64,000 nt of DNA from NCBI GenBank assembly GCA_021815785.1, contig JAKAZS010000004.1, positions 58 through 64,057 on the forward strand, given 5' to 3'. Shown here piece by piece: positions 8,508 through 19,041 of this stretch. The position numbers and the translations under genes were made by a program. Positions within the stretch are counted from its first letter, which is position 1, and every line of letters starts with the position of its first letter. The notes beneath the pieces were generated by a model. That model saw only the letters and a list, made by a program, of their open reading frames with translations, made no database searches and had not been told where the DNA came from. This stretch comes from a bacterium (GTDB taxonomy: Bacteria; Cyanobacteriota; Vampirovibrionia; Obscuribacterales; JAKAZS01).

Positions 8508-9848
8508 ATGAGCGTAACTGAATCAACATTAATTGATAGAATTCCACCCCAATCCTTAGAAGCTGAACAAGCTGTACTAGGATCATTATTAATTAGCGAA
8601 GATGCCTTAGCTCGTGTACTCGATCATCTACAACCGGAATTTTTCTATAAGAAATCACATCAGTTAATTTTTTCCAGCATGTTAGATTTATATGAAAAAC
8701 ATGAACCGATAGACATGGTTACCATTTCAGAGAATCTTAAGAACAAAGGCCTGCTTGAACAAGTTGGTGACCGCAAATATATTAGTGAATTAGCCTATCA
8801 AGTATCAACATCAGCAAATGTTGAATACTATGCTAAAATTGTTCAGGAAAAATCAACGTTGCGCAGCCTAGCCAAAGCCGGATCGGAAATAGCTGGTTAC
8901 GCTTTTGATACCAATGACGCAGATGAAGCTCTGGACAAGGCTGAGCATGTGATTTTCACGCTAGCTCAAAGACGCAATATGCAACAGTTAGTGCATATTA
9001 AAGATGTTGTTGAAGAATCCTTCCACAAAATTGAACAACGCTGGGAAAATCGTGATTCACTTTCAGGTCTGGGCTCAGGCTTTTATGACTTAGATGCCTT
9101 AACATCAGGATTTCAGCCATCTGATTTAATTATTATCGCAGCTAGGCCTTCGATGGGTAAAACCGCTTTTTGTTTAAATATTGCCCAGGAAATTGCTTGC
9201 GACCGCAAAATTCCTGTTGCCGTATTTAGCCTAGAAATGTCCCGCGAACAACTTGTCCAAAGAATGCTCTGCGCTGAGGCTCAAGTTGATGCTGGGCGCG
9301 TGCGCACTGGTCATCTGCATACCAACGATTTTACCAGATTATCGCAAGCTATGGGTAAATTAGCCGAAGCCCCCATATTTATAGATGATTCAGCGCTAAT
9401 TAATGCCTTGGAAATTAGAGCTAAAGCTCGCAGGCTTAAGGCTGAAATGAAAGGTTTAGGCCTTATAATCATTGACTACATCCAGTTAATGCAAGGCCGC
9501 AAACAGTCTGATAATCGAGTTCAGGAAATATCGGAAATATCGCGAGGCTTAAAAACTTTGGCCCGAGAATTAGAAGTTCCAGTTATTGCCCTATCACAAT
9601 TATCCAGAGCGGTCGAGGCCAGGCAAAATAAGCGACCAATGTTATCTGACCTACGCGAATCAGGAGCAATAGAACAAGATGCTGATATGGTAATGTTTAT
9701 TTATCGTGATGAGTACTACAATGCTGATACGGAAAAGCGTGGCGAAGCTGAAATCATTATCGCTAAACATCGTAATGGTCCTACTGGCACGGTAGATTTA
9801 ATTTTTCAATCAAATATCACTAAATTTGTCAATAAATCGCAAGGCTAA
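8508..9848 (+). CDS. dnaB: replicative DNA helicase DnaB
   Basis: N-terminal PPQSLEAEQAVLGSLL, Walker A ARPSMGKTAF, IIIDYIQLM, and LSQLSR..E.R. No intein is visible. Confidence 0.95.
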   Translation: MSVTESTLIDRIPPQSLEAEQAVLGSLLISEDALARVLDHLQPEFFYKKSHQLIFSSMLDLYEKHEPIDMVTISENLKNKGLLEQVGDRKYISELAYQVSTSANVEYYAKIVQEKSTLRSLAKAGSEIAGYAFDTNDADEALDKAEHVIFTLAQRRNMQQLVHIKDVVEESFHKIEQRWENRDSLSGLGSGFYDLDALTSGFQPSDLIIIAARPSMGKTAFCLNIAQEIACDRKIPVAVFSLEMSREQLVQRMLCAEAQVDAGRVRTGHLHTNDFTRLSQAMGKLAEAPIFIDDSALINALEIRAKARRLKAEMKGLGLIIIDYIQLMQGRKQSDNRVQEISEISRGLKTLARELEVPVIALSQLSRAVEARQNKRPMLSDLRESGAIEQDADMVMFIYRDEYYNADTEKRGEAEIIIAKHRNGPTGTVDLIFQSNITKFVNKSQG

Positions 9849-9960
9849 ATTTTTGCGGCAAAACTGAGATTTTATTGATTCAGATATTTTTAAGACTTAG
9901 ACCAACGACCTCACCTTTAATCAACCAATCTTATCTGTAAAGCCATCTTTAGAGGCAGCC

Positions 9961-10428
9961 ATGTCCAATAAAAGTAATAACTGGAAAACCGGTGTTCTTG
10001 GTGAAAAAATTGCTCAACGATTTTTGGAAAATAAAGGGTATCAAATTCTTGAAACCAATTACCGTGTTAGTCGCTACTGTGAAATCGATATAATAGCAAA
10101 GAACAAAGACAATATTTATGTTTTTATCGAAGTTAAAACCCGTATTAAGTATAAAAATGAATTAAGCTATACAGGCTATGATGCTATAGATTCTGCGAAA
10201 ATTAACAAATTAAATTTAGGAATGAGAAGTTATTTAAATAGTCATAATTTAACTAATACAGCCCCAGCTCAATTAGACTTAATTATTATTTGGCTTAATC
10301 CAGAAAATTTAAGTCGCGTAAATGATACCGTAATCCAACCAGAATTAAACCATAATAGGACAATCCAAAACATAAGTGAAACTGCTCAAATTAACCATGT
10401 GGAAAATATATCACTTGATCTCTTTTAA
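9961..10428 (+). CDS. YraN (UPF0102) family endonuclease-like protein with a C-terminal extension
   Basis: GEKIAQRFLENKGYQILETNYR...EIDIIAKNKDNIYVFIEVKTR matches the PD-(D/E)xK-like YraN core. Confidence 0.7.
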   Translation: MSNKSNNWKTGVLGEKIAQRFLENKGYQILETNYRVSRYCEIDIIAKNKDNIYVFIEVKTRIKYKNELSYTGYDAIDSAKINKLNLGMRSYLNSHNLTNTAPAQLDLIIIWLNPENLSRVNDTVIQPELNHNRTIQNISETAQINHVENISLDLF

Positions 10429-10441
10429 AGATTATCTTAGC

Positions 10442-10474
10442 CCAGATTTGCCAATATATTATAGCCAAATCTGG
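10442..10474. terminator. inverted repeat between convergent genes (possible bidirectional terminator)
   Basis: CCAGATTTG (10442-10450) pairs with CAAATCTGG (10466-10474): a 9-bp stem with a 15-nt loop. No clear T-tract follows. Confidence 0.25.
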
Positions 10475-10574
10475 TAACAAATTAACAACAAAATTTTCAA
10501 GGCTTGACTCTATCAGTAAAATTATCTTAATAATGCAGGTCTACCAGTAGACTTCATGATCATAATTAACCGAA

Positions 10575-11987
10575 TTAATTCAAAAGAAATACTTCATCAG
10601 TATGGAATCCGATTACTGGCTCATCAACAAATTTCATTAGATTTAAATCTAAAATACCAATCGCTTCAGTTGATTCACTGGTAACGATAATTTGATTTTT
10701 ACTAGCTAAATAAGCTAGCGCTCCAGGAAAATCAACATCTAAGGGTAATTTAATTTCAGTAATCAATTTAAAAGTTTCTGCATCAAAAACTTGTATTTTA
10801 TTATCTTTAGCAGTTGCTACATAAATATTTTTTTTAGCTAACACGATTCCTGTAGGACCATTACCAGTTGGTATCGAAGAAACAACCCGGTGTTTATTAA
10901 TATCAATAACTGAAATACTATTAGACAACCGGTTCGTTATATATGCCCTTTGGCTATCACTACTAATCGCACAGGCATTAGGCATAAGCCCTACTTTAAG
11001 AGCACATAATAAACGCTGGTTTAAAGTGGTTAACATTGAGACTCCACCAATAGCTGTATTTAAAACAATAATAAAACGGCCATCTGGTGTAACATATATT
11101 TTTCCTGGCCCAGTAGCAACACGTGTCTTCATTAAAATGCGCTTAGTCGAATATTCAATAACATCAATGTTATTGGCAGCACTTTCCGAAACGTAAAAAT
11201 AATTACTATTATTTAAACAGGCTATTCCTTTAGGAGCACAAGCTTTAGGCAAATCAATTTGATCGATAAATGCTTTAGCAGCTGGATCAAGGATGAGCAC
11301 ACGATTTTTAGCCTGATCGGTAATTAATAATTTATTCTGAAAATTAGCCATACTTGAAGGAGTTCCTTCAGTTTGGAAATCAGTAATTTTAGTTAAATTC
11401 TTTTGATCTAACATTATTATTTTACCTGAACTAGGCGATGTCAAAAAAACATAACTTGATTCTAAATTAGTCTTAATTTTATTTACTTGAACTGCAATAA
11501 TCTGATCTTCGATTACTTTAACCACATTATTGTTAATCAATGACTTTAATGATTTAGGCAAAACAAAACCCTCTGGCACTATTAAATCTGCCACAAAATT
11601 ACTTTTAAGGATTTGTTTAACCACTTTATCTGGTAATTGAGGTGGCAAAAGGATAGTCAAAAAACTACTTCGTTTAATTACCTGTAAATAAATCAAAGTA
11701 TTATTAACTACTAAAACAGTTGAATAATGGGGTTTTGTATAAATACTCAAATTTGAATCGCGCAATATAAATTTTTGATTTAAAACTATCGGGATAAACA
11801 GTCCTGCTTTTGAAGTTTCAAAACTACTATCCAACCTAAATTTACAATCAGGGTAATTTTGCGTAATAGATTTTTTCAATGGTGCACTTAACTTAGTTGC
11901 ATTGGCCGGATCGATAATTGCTATAATTATAGCAATTAAACAAACCACCTTAATTAAGTTAGCTATCAGCTTTATGCTTGAAGACAT
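10575..11987 (-). CDS. YVTN-type beta-propeller repeat protein with an N-terminal signal or anchor
   Basis: Repeated ...[19 protein letters not shown].. and GP.GI motifs, plus a hydrophobic N-terminus [20 protein letters not shown]. The start is uncertain (11987, 12017, 12032 or 12050); every option overlaps the dnaJ 3' end. Confidence 0.6.
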   Translation of the reverse strand: MSSSIKLIANLIKVVCLIAIIIAIIDPANATKLSAPLKKSITQNYPDCKFRLDSSFETSKAGLFIPIVLNQKFILRDSNLSIYTKPHYSTVLVVNNTLIYLQVIKRSSFLTILLPPQLPDKVVKQILKSNFVADLIVPEGFVLPKSLKSLINNNVVKVIEDQIIAVQVNKIKTNLESSYVFLTSPSSGKIIMLDQKNLTKITDFQTEGTPSSMANFQNKLLITDQAKNRVLILDPAAKAFIDQIDLPKACAPKGIACLNNSNYFYVSESAANNIDVIEYSTKRILMKTRVATGPGKIYVTPDGRFIIVLNTAIGGVSMLTTLNQRLLCALKVGLMPNACAISSDSQRAYITNRLSNSISVIDINKHRVVSSIPTGNGPTGIVLAKKNIYVATAKDNKIQVFDAETFKLITEIKLPLDVDFPGALAYLASKNQIIVTSESTEAIGILDLNLMKFVDEPVIGFHTDEVFLLN

Positions 11988-13188
11988 CCACAATTTTTTC
12001 AAAAAAAGATGATTCATCTTTGGAATTTTCATTATTTTTGGTATCAGCACTATTTTTTTTTTCTTTAGCCTGGTGTTTTAAAGTATCTTTAACAGTTTTA
12101 TCAATTTTTAGTGACTCTCCGCTAATTTGAGCCAACTCTTCAAAAAGTTTTATCTGCTCGCCGGATAATTTTTCTGGAGTTTTTACGATCAGATGAACAT
12201 ATTGATCTCCGCGTTTTTGAGAATTAGCTAATTTTAACGCACCCTTATCCCGAAGTGTAATAACTGTTCCAGACTGAGTACCAGGATGAATAGTTATTAC
12301 CGTATCACCTTCGATTGTTGGCACGAGAATTTCACCGCCAAGAGCCGCCATGGGGAAACTTATTGCTTTTTCTAGATGAATATTGTCGCCATCTCGGGTG
12401 AAAATTTCATGTTCTTTGACATGCAGCAATATATACAAATCACCAAAAGATCCACCTTTACGACCTTTATTGCCACCACCGGTTAATCTCAATTTAAAGC
12501 CAGACTGCACTCCCGGTGGAACATTGACTTCAAATTCCTTATTGGTTTTAACTAATCCAGCTCCTTTACAGTCAGCGCATGGTTTTTCAATAATCGTTCC
12601 ATTGCCATGACATTGAGGACAGGCAATTATTTGCACACTTTGGCCAAACCAAGAATTAACTACTTGCTGAACTTGTCCCATGCCATTACAGCCCGAACAA
12701 GTTATTGGCTTACTGCCGGCAGCTGCTCCACTGCCTTCGCATTTAGGGCAATCTTCCAATCTGTCGATTACGACTTTTTTTGTAGTACCGAAAATAGCCT
12801 CCAGAAACTCAATTTCAAGATTATATTTCAAATGTGAACCTTGTTCAGGCCCACCCCGACGGCCAAAACCCTGGCGAAAATTACCACCTAAAAATGCTTC
12901 AATAATATCTTCAAACCCAAAGCCGGCAAGATCCTGAAAATTAAAATTGTCAAAACCGGGACTAGAACCATTTATGCCTTCATGACCGTATTTATCATAA
13001 AGCTCACGCTTTTGCGGATCGGTTAAAACCTCGTAAGCTTCAGCTAATTCTTTAAAAGCCTTTTCATCACCGCTATCTTTATTATCCGGATGAAGTTTAC
13101 GAGCTTTACTGCGAAAAGATTTTTTTATATCGTCTACGGTAGCCGATTTTGCCACATCTAAAACTTCGTAATAGTCACGTTTACTCAT
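11959..13188 (-). CDS. dnaJ: molecular chaperone DnaJ
   Basis: J-domain with HPD (KLHPDNK), a G/F region, and four CxxCxGxG repeats ([32 protein letters not shown]). It also has a Lys/Asn-rich C-terminal extension. Confidence 0.95.
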   Translation of the reverse strand: MSKRDYYEVLDVAKSATVDDIKKSFRSKARKLHPDNKDSGDEKAFKELAEAYEVLTDPQKRELYDKYGHEGINGSSPGFDNFNFQDLAGFGFEDIIEAFLGGNFRQGFGRRGGPEQGSHLKYNLEIEFLEAIFGTTKKVVIDRLEDCPKCEGSGAAAGSKPITCSGCNGMGQVQQVVNSWFGQSVQIIACPQCHGNGTIIEKPCADCKGAGLVKTNKEFEVNVPPGVQSGFKLRLTGGGNKGRKGGSFGDLYILLHVKEHEIFTRDGDNIHLEKAISFPMAALGGEILVPTIEGDTVITIHPGTQSGTVITLRDKGALKLANSQKRGDQYVHLIVKTPEKLSGEQIKLFEELAQISGESLKIDKTVKDTLKHQAKEKKNSADTKNNENSKDESSFFEKIVDVFKHKADS

Positions 13189-13222
13189 ACTTATTAAATT
13201 CCTAACGAGTGTATAATTTTAA

Positions 13223-14188
13223 CTAGATGGTTTCGTCATCAGAACGATCGGTCCTGTTTACTTGCGGCGCTGCACCGAACAATTTGGCTATATTTTCATT
13301 TACCTGACTTGAAGATTTACTAGATTTACTGGCATTATCAGTTTTAGTTTCAGCCTGGACTTCAATGTTAGTATCATTATTTTGAGCTTCAACTTTTTCC
13401 GCTGAATCACTATCGGCGGCATTAACATTTTGGCTATTAACAACAGTCTCAGACTTAAGCTCACTAGACGACAATGTACTGGGGTCAATTTTAGCGGCCA
13501 CATTAACCAAGGCCGGTCTAATAATTTTATCGTTTAATTGATAACCTTTTCTCAACTCATGAATTACGGAATTATCCGGATGATCATTGGTAGGAATTTC
13601 CTGAACAGGTTCATGTAATCGTGGATCAAAGATCTGTCCGACAGCATCAAGGGGTTTAACACCCAAGGCTTCAAAACAGCGAATAAACGAATTGTGAACG
13701 ACATTAATGTTGTCAATTATTTTGCTAATATCCATATTGGGATTTATAGTAAGTTTGGCTCGATCAAAATCATCCATAGCAGCCAAAATACTTTCAATGG
13801 CTCGTTGCACACCCAAAACCCTATATTCATCACGTTCACGGTCAATGCGCTTGCGATAGTTTTCAAAATCAGCAGCCATTCTTTTATAAAGACCTTGAGA
13901 ATCAGCTAATTTTTTTTCTAAATCACCAACCTCGCCCTGCAGATGTTCACAACTGGCACAAACTTTGCTGCTACTGGCCTCAGTTGCATTCGGCATAAGA
14001 TCATTAATATTGGGAGCTTCTCCAGCATAAAGACTACGATAAAAAGCTTTTGCCTGATCTTTGCGTGACAACCCCAAATCATCAACTTTAGGCGGTGGGA
14101 CATTAGGCATAGATTGCTTTTGGTCATTTTCGTTAGCATCAGATGAATTGCTTTCTGATGAATTAACGTTTTCAGTAGTCATAAACAA
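13223..14188 (-). CDS. grpE: nucleotide exchange factor GrpE, unusually long (321 aa)
   Basis: GrpE core LYKRMAADFENYRKRIDRE ... FDPRLHEPV ... VIHELRKGYQLNDKIIRPALV, flanked by low-complexity N- and C-terminal extensions. The start is either TTG 14188 or ATG 14182. Confidence 0.85.
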   Translation of the reverse strand: MFMTTENVNSSESNSSDANENDQKQSMPNVPPPKVDDLGLSRKDQAKAFYRSLYAGEAPNINDLMPNATEASSSKVCASCEHLQGEVGDLEKKLADSQGLYKRMAADFENYRKRIDRERDEYRVLGVQRAIESILAAMDDFDRAKLTINPNMDISKIIDNINVVHNSFIRCFEALGVKPLDAVGQIFDPRLHEPVQEIPTNDHPDNSVIHELRKGYQLNDKIIRPALVNVAAKIDPSTLSSSELKSETVVNSQNVNAADSDSAEKVEAQNNDTNIEVQAETKTDNASKSSKSSSQVNENIAKLFGAAPQVNRTDRSDDETI

Positions 14189-14555
14189 CGAATCTCCAAA
14201 GGTTACTTAATTTAATTAATACTATTCAATTAAATCTAAAGAATATGAAATTCTAATTGGTAATATTAACCGTTACGTTAATTATACAATAATAATTTAA
14301 TTCTACTTACATTACTAACATAAGTAAAAATAAGAAATTTTAATTTACGCTGTGAATAAAGCAGATTTGACTGTTTAGAGAAATTAAAAAACTCTAAAAT
14401 ATTATTAAAATAAATTAACACATATTAGCCTAGGGTAAGGCTAATAATTTTTCAATTTATCTGCTCAAATAATTTAGACTTTCTTAAATTGCTTTTCAAT
14501 TATTGTAAAATAAGAAAATTCAAGCAATTAACTCAATAAGTTCAGGTAATTAATT

Positions 14556-15638
14556 ATGGAAAATGCCTTTATTCACAAAAATCGATTTGCTTTTGACCTT
14601 AACACTAAGTTCGCCATATATGCCCAAGGCGAATTTGCTCAAGAACACTCAAAAACAGCTCTTGGCGTCTTGCGCTATGCCCCCAGTCAAGTCACTTGCG
14701 TAATTGATAGCTACAAGGCCAATTTAAGCATCCAAGCTCTTACCGGCATTAACCATTCTGCGCCAATTGTAGCCAGTATTAAAGATGCTTTAGCCTATCA
14801 ACCAGAAGCTCTGGTATTAGGAATTTCACTTAGTGGCGGTAAATTACCTAAACACTGGCGTAACGATCTTCTTCAAGCCTGTAATTATAAATTAGATATT
14901 ATCAATGGCTTACACGACTTTTTAAGTGAAGACAGTGAATTTATAGCGCTGGCCAATAAAAATAATACCAAATTAATCGACTTACGCAAACCACCAACAA
15001 ACCTGTCCATAGCTAGTGGCAAGGCTCGATCAATAAATGCTAAGAAAATATTAACGATAGGTAGCGACTGTTCATCAGGAAAAATGACCACGGCCATTGA
15101 ATTGACTAATTATGCCAAATTACAAAATTACGACGCACGTTTCTTAGCGACTGGTCAAACAGGAATTTTAATTGCTGGTGGGCAAGGTATTGGCATCGAT
15201 CGGGTAATTGGCGATTTTATGGCCGGCGCAATCGAAAGCTTAATTCTTGAAAATCAAGCAGTAAAAGATTTTTTATTTATTGAAGGGCAAGGCTCAATCT
15301 ATCATCCAGGTTTTTCCGGAGTCACACTATCATTAATGCATGGAAGTTGTGCTGATGGTTTTATTTTATGTCATAATGCCAACCAACAAACTATTGAAGA
15401 AGGAAAAATTTTACTGCCTAATATTAATGTTATCATTAAAACTTATGAGTTATTAATGACTCATCTGGGCTCAACTAAAGTTCTTGGCATAGCAATCAAC
15501 ACCAAAGATTTAACTAATAATGATGCGCAAAATTTAATCAACTCAATAGAACAAGAAACCAACCTGCCTACAACCGATCCAGTTAGATATGGTGTTAAAA
15601 AATTATTTGATAGTATTTTAAGCAAAACCAAGGAGTGA
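14556..15638 (+). CDS. DUF1611 family protein (COG3367; DgcN-like putative N-acetyltransferase)
   Basis: P-loop-like GSDCSSGKMTT and overall DUF1611 layout. Its stop is 1 nt before the next gene. Confidence 0.65.
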   Translation: MENAFIHKNRFAFDLNTKFAIYAQGEFAQEHSKTALGVLRYAPSQVTCVIDSYKANLSIQALTGINHSAPIVASIKDALAYQPEALVLGISLSGGKLPKHWRNDLLQACNYKLDIINGLHDFLSEDSEFIALANKNNTKLIDLRKPPTNLSIASGKARSINAKKILTIGSDCSSGKMTTAIELTNYAKLQNYDARFLATGQTGILIAGGQGIGIDRVIGDFMAGAIESLILENQAVKDFLFIEGQGSIYHPGFSGVTLSLMHGSCADGFILCHNANQQTIEEGKILLPNINVIIKTYELLMTHLGSTKVLGIAINTKDLTNNDAQNLINSIEQETNLPTTDPVRYGVKKLFDSILSKTKE

Positions 15639-15639
15639 A

Positions 15640-16680
15640 ATGCAAAATATAAAATTAGACTTTGAATTATTAAATTTAGAAACAGCTGACCCTTTTGGTA
15701 TTTCTTATGGTACCAGTTCTGAGACTAAAAATATTTTAGTAAAACTAACCCATGAAGATTACTATGGCCTTGGCGAAATTGCACCAGTTAATTACCATGG
15801 TGAAGATTTCTACACAGCTCTTGCCGTTTTAGAACATTTTAAATCCATTCAGATTTTAGGCGATAATCCATTAGCAATATCTAAAATAATGGATAAAATG
15901 GACAATATTATCAGTAATCATAATTCAGTTAAAGCTGGTATCGAAATGGCCTTACATGATATTTGTGGCAAAATTTTAAATAAGCCTACGCGCAGTATTT
16001 TAGGTTTAAGCGATCGGACCTGCCCCATAACTGATTTTACCATAGGACTTGATACACTTGAAGTTATTGAGCGTAAAACTCATGCTGCTATAAAAGCTGG
16101 CTATAAAATATTAAAAGTCAAACAAGGCACCAGTTACGACAAAGATATTATCAAACGCGTGCGCAGTGTGACCAAGGAGTTACCCCTAAGAGTTGATGCT
16201 AATGGTGGCTGGACTGTTAAAGAAGCTATTTATATGGCCAATTTTTTAAGTGAACACAATGTTCAATTTATTGAACAACCTTTACCAAAAAATTCCAGTT
16301 ATGAAAACTTTAAGACTGTTCATGAACAGTCACCATTACCAATTTTTGCCGATGAAAGCATTTGTCGCGCTTCTGATGTTGCCAAATTGGGTCACGTGCT
16401 CGATGGCGTTGTCGTTAAGCTGGCAAAAACTGGTGGCATTCTCGAAGCTTTAAAAGTAATTCATACGGCCAGAGCTTTTAATCTAGAAATTATGATTGGC
16501 TGCATGATCGAATCATCCATTGGGGTGACAGCGGCAGCTCAACTAGCCTCGCTCGTCGATTATCTTGACCTTGATGGAGCTTTACTCTTAGCTAACGATC
16601 CTTATAATGGTGTTGAATTTATTAATTCACATCCAAGTTTCAAAAATCTACCTGGATTAGGTGTCTTGAAGAAAATTTAA
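15640..16680 (+). CDS. enolase-superfamily dipeptide epimerase / N-acyl amino acid racemase (L-Ala-D/L-Glu epimerase-like)
   Basis: KxK motif (ILKVKQG), metal ligands DANGGW / EQP / DES, and a second catalytic Lys in VVKLAKTGG. Confidence 0.8.
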   Translation: MQNIKLDFELLNLETADPFGISYGTSSETKNILVKLTHEDYYGLGEIAPVNYHGEDFYTALAVLEHFKSIQILGDNPLAISKIMDKMDNIISNHNSVKAGIEMALHDICGKILNKPTRSILGLSDRTCPITDFTIGLDTLEVIERKTHAAIKAGYKILKVKQGTSYDKDIIKRVRSVTKELPLRVDANGGWTVKEAIYMANFLSEHNVQFIEQPLPKNSSYENFKTVHEQSPLPIFADESICRASDVAKLGHVLDGVVVKLAKTGGILEALKVIHTARAFNLEIMIGCMIESSIGVTAAAQLASLVDYLDLDGALLLANDPYNGVEFINSHPSFKNLPGLGVLKKI

Positions 16681-16751
16681 ATTATAATCATCAATAAATA
16701 TCAGCCAAATAAATATTCAAACACCTAAGCATAGAAACAAAGCTAAAATAT

Positions 16752-18059
16752 ATGATAATTAAATTGCTTAACCAAAATTATTACCAACACATATACCTAA
16801 AATTTAAATTATTATTTTTACTAATTATATTTTTCTCAAGCATCCTAAATAATCCTGTTTTAGCTCAGTTAAGCGAATTTGAAGCCGAAGATTTAATTAA
16901 ACATGGTAATCAATTAATGAGAGACAAAGATTATAACAATGCCCTTGAAGATTATAATCATGTGCTTAAATTTTATCCAGCCAATGCTGAAGCTCTTTTT
17001 GCTCGTGGACTTGATTACATGGAACTAAAAAAATTTCAACTAGCTATATATGATTTTAACCGCAGTATTGCTAGCAATGAAAAAGTAATCTATTCATATC
17101 TTTATCGTGGCATAGCCTATGATGAACTTGATAATTTCAATAATGCCCTAAGTGATTTTAATCAAGCTTTAAGATTAGCCCCCAATACTCCTGGAGCCTA
17201 CATCAATAGAGCTAAATTATACACCAAGCATAAGAATTACTTTAACGCCATTAATGATCTTAGCGAAGCAATACGATTAAAACCTGATACCGAATCAGCA
17301 TATATAATGCGTAGCCAGACCTATTTACTCATGCATAAATATCATGAAGCAATGATCGACTGTCTCAAGGCTTTAGATCTTAATCCCAATTCCAGCAATG
17401 CTTATATATTATTAGGCCAAATTGATTTTAAACAAAATAACTATCAATCAGCTTTAGAAAATACCAATAAAGCTATTGAATTAGATCCCAAAAATATTGA
17501 GGCCTATACGCATCGCGGTCTTATCTGGATTGCTTTAAAAAAATATCGCAAGGCAATTATGGACTACAATAAAGCTATCGAAATTGAACCAAGTAATAAT
17601 AATTTGTACTATTTAGATGGAATTTGTTATTATCTTACCGAAGATTTTAAAGATGCCGCAACCCTTTTTGCCCATGGAGCTAAGTCCGCTGACAACACAA
17701 GAGTTTATTCAACTATTCTAGGTTATTTAGCCTATAGCAATCCTACCGTTAATAATGAAACCAAAGCTAAGCAATTGCTAACGAATTTAACCGGAAATAA
17801 ATCGAAATGGCCTATGCCTGTTATTCAATATCTTAAAAGCGAAATAACTGACAGCCAACTGCTTAAAATTGCTAAAAGCAATGATGAATTAACTGAAGCC
17901 CACTGTTACATAGGCTTAAATTTCCTCTTAAAAGAGCAAACACCAATAGCCAAATCAGAATTACAATGGGTCATTGATCATGGCAATAAAGAATTTACAG
18001 AATATTCACTAGCTTTAGCCTTTGTAGATTACAAAGTGAAGGTTATCCCAAAACGTTAA
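16752..18059 (+). CDS. TPR repeat protein with an N-terminal signal or anchor
   Basis: Multiple 34-aa repeats with the A..Y/F..A..L.P pattern (ALEDYNHVLKFYPANAEALF and others). Hydrophobic N-terminus LLFLLIIFFSSILNNPVLA. Confidence 0.7.
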   Translation: MIIKLLNQNYYQHIYLKFKLLFLLIIFFSSILNNPVLAQLSEFEAEDLIKHGNQLMRDKDYNNALEDYNHVLKFYPANAEALFARGLDYMELKKFQLAIYDFNRSIASNEKVIYSYLYRGIAYDELDNFNNALSDFNQALRLAPNTPGAYINRAKLYTKHKNYFNAINDLSEAIRLKPDTESAYIMRSQTYLLMHKYHEAMIDCLKALDLNPNSSNAYILLGQIDFKQNNYQSALENTNKAIELDPKNIEAYTHRGLIWIALKKYRKAIMDYNKAIEIEPSNNNLYYLDGICYYLTEDFKDAATLFAHGAKSADNTRVYSTILGYLAYSNPTVNNETKAKQLLTNLTGNKSKWPMPVIQYLKSEITDSQLLKIAKSNDELTEAHCYIGLNFLLKEQTPIAKSELQWVIDHGNKEFTEYSLALAFVDYKVKVIPKR

Positions 18060-18210
18060 ACTAATAAATTAAACCTATCTCTGGCTTCAGGGTAGTAATT
18101 ATATTGGATATATCAATATTTCAGCCTATTTTAATTCAGTGTACTTTGTTGTTGTCTACTATTTAGGAGGAAAGCCAATTGCGTATAATCATCAAAGAAC
18201 ATAAACTTAT

Positions 18211-19035
18211 TTAAAGCTTTTGGCATTTCGGGCAAAAATGTGTCCCGCGACCAGCTAATGCTATTTTGATTATTAAGGTGTTACAAATCCGGCACTTTTC
18301 ATTCTTACGGCCGTATACGTAAGCAAAGTTTTGATAATTACCATTAACCCCAAATGAATTAGTATAGTCTCGAAAACTAGTGCCACCATGTTTAATCGCC
18401 TTACTTAACACCTGTTTAGTAATTTCCAGCATTTGGGTAATTTGGCGTTGAGACAAATCCACACCCTTAGCTATTGGGTTAATTTTAGCAAAATGCAAAA
18501 TTTCATCAGCATAAATATTACCAATCCCACAAACAATTGATTGATCAAGTAAAATAGCTTTAATTGAACGTGCACTGGCTTGAATTTTTTTAACAACGAC
18601 CTTCTTATCAAAATATTCCAGTGGTTCATAACCCATCTGGGCAATTGTGTTTAAATTTTCCAGCATTTGTGCTTGGCTGGTAAAATACCACTGCTTACCT
18701 AACGCTCGCGGATCGATAAAATCAAGATAGGCCTTATTATCCAATTGCAAACTAACTCGCAAAAACTTAGTTTCATTTTTAATGGTGTCATAAATTAAAC
18801 GTCCCGACATCCGCAAATGAACGACTAAAATAGCTTCATCTTCCAAATAAATTAAAATAAATTTGCCGCGTCGTTTTATTTGAGCAATATATTTAGCTTT
18901 TAAACCCTGACTAAATTGATTACTATCTGGATAAGCTATACTACTTTCACGCAAAACCTTAACTTTAATAATTTTATGATTTTTAATTACTTGCAAATTA
19001 TTAACAATGGTTTCAACTTCAGGTAATTCAGGCAT
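18211..19035 (-). CDS. mutM: formamidopyrimidine-DNA glycosylase (Fpg/MutM)
   Basis: The catalytic N-terminus must be M-PELPEVE, so the start is the second ATG (19035). H2TH region present, plus the C-terminal zinc finger CRIC...CPKC. Confidence 0.9.
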   Translation of the reverse strand: MPELPEVETIVNNLQVIKNHKIIKVKVLRESSIAYPDSNQFSQGLKAKYIAQIKRRGKFILIYLEDEAILVVHLRMSGRLIYDTIKNETKFLRVSLQLDNKAYLDFIDPRALGKQWYFTSQAQMLENLNTIAQMGYEPLEYFDKKVVVKKIQASARSIKAILLDQSIVCGIGNIYADEILHFAKINPIAKGVDLSQRQITQMLEITKQVLSKAIKHGGTSFRDYTNSFGVNGNYQNFAYVYGRKNEKCRICNTLIIKIALAGRGTHFCPKCQKL

Positions 19036-19041
19036 AGGCAA

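Noticed and set aside
12383-12937. Three plus-strand ORFs (75-85 aa) inside dnaJ
   Set aside because: They are antisense shadow frames of a confidently identified dnaJ. Their Pro/Leu/Ser-rich composition is typical of reverse-frame artefacts, and no ribosome-binding sites are present.
13300-14139. Short ORFs on both strands overlapping grpE (13300-13503, 13694-13909, 13918-14139)
   Set aside because: They are alternative or antisense frames within the grpE coding region and its low-complexity extensions, with no independent support.
14425-14444. TTAGCC-N8-GGCTAA upstream of grpE, considered as a CIRCE/HrcA operator
   Set aside because: CIRCE is TTAGCACTC-N9-GAGTGCTAA, with 9-bp arms. Here only the outer 5-6 bp match and the spacing is wrong.
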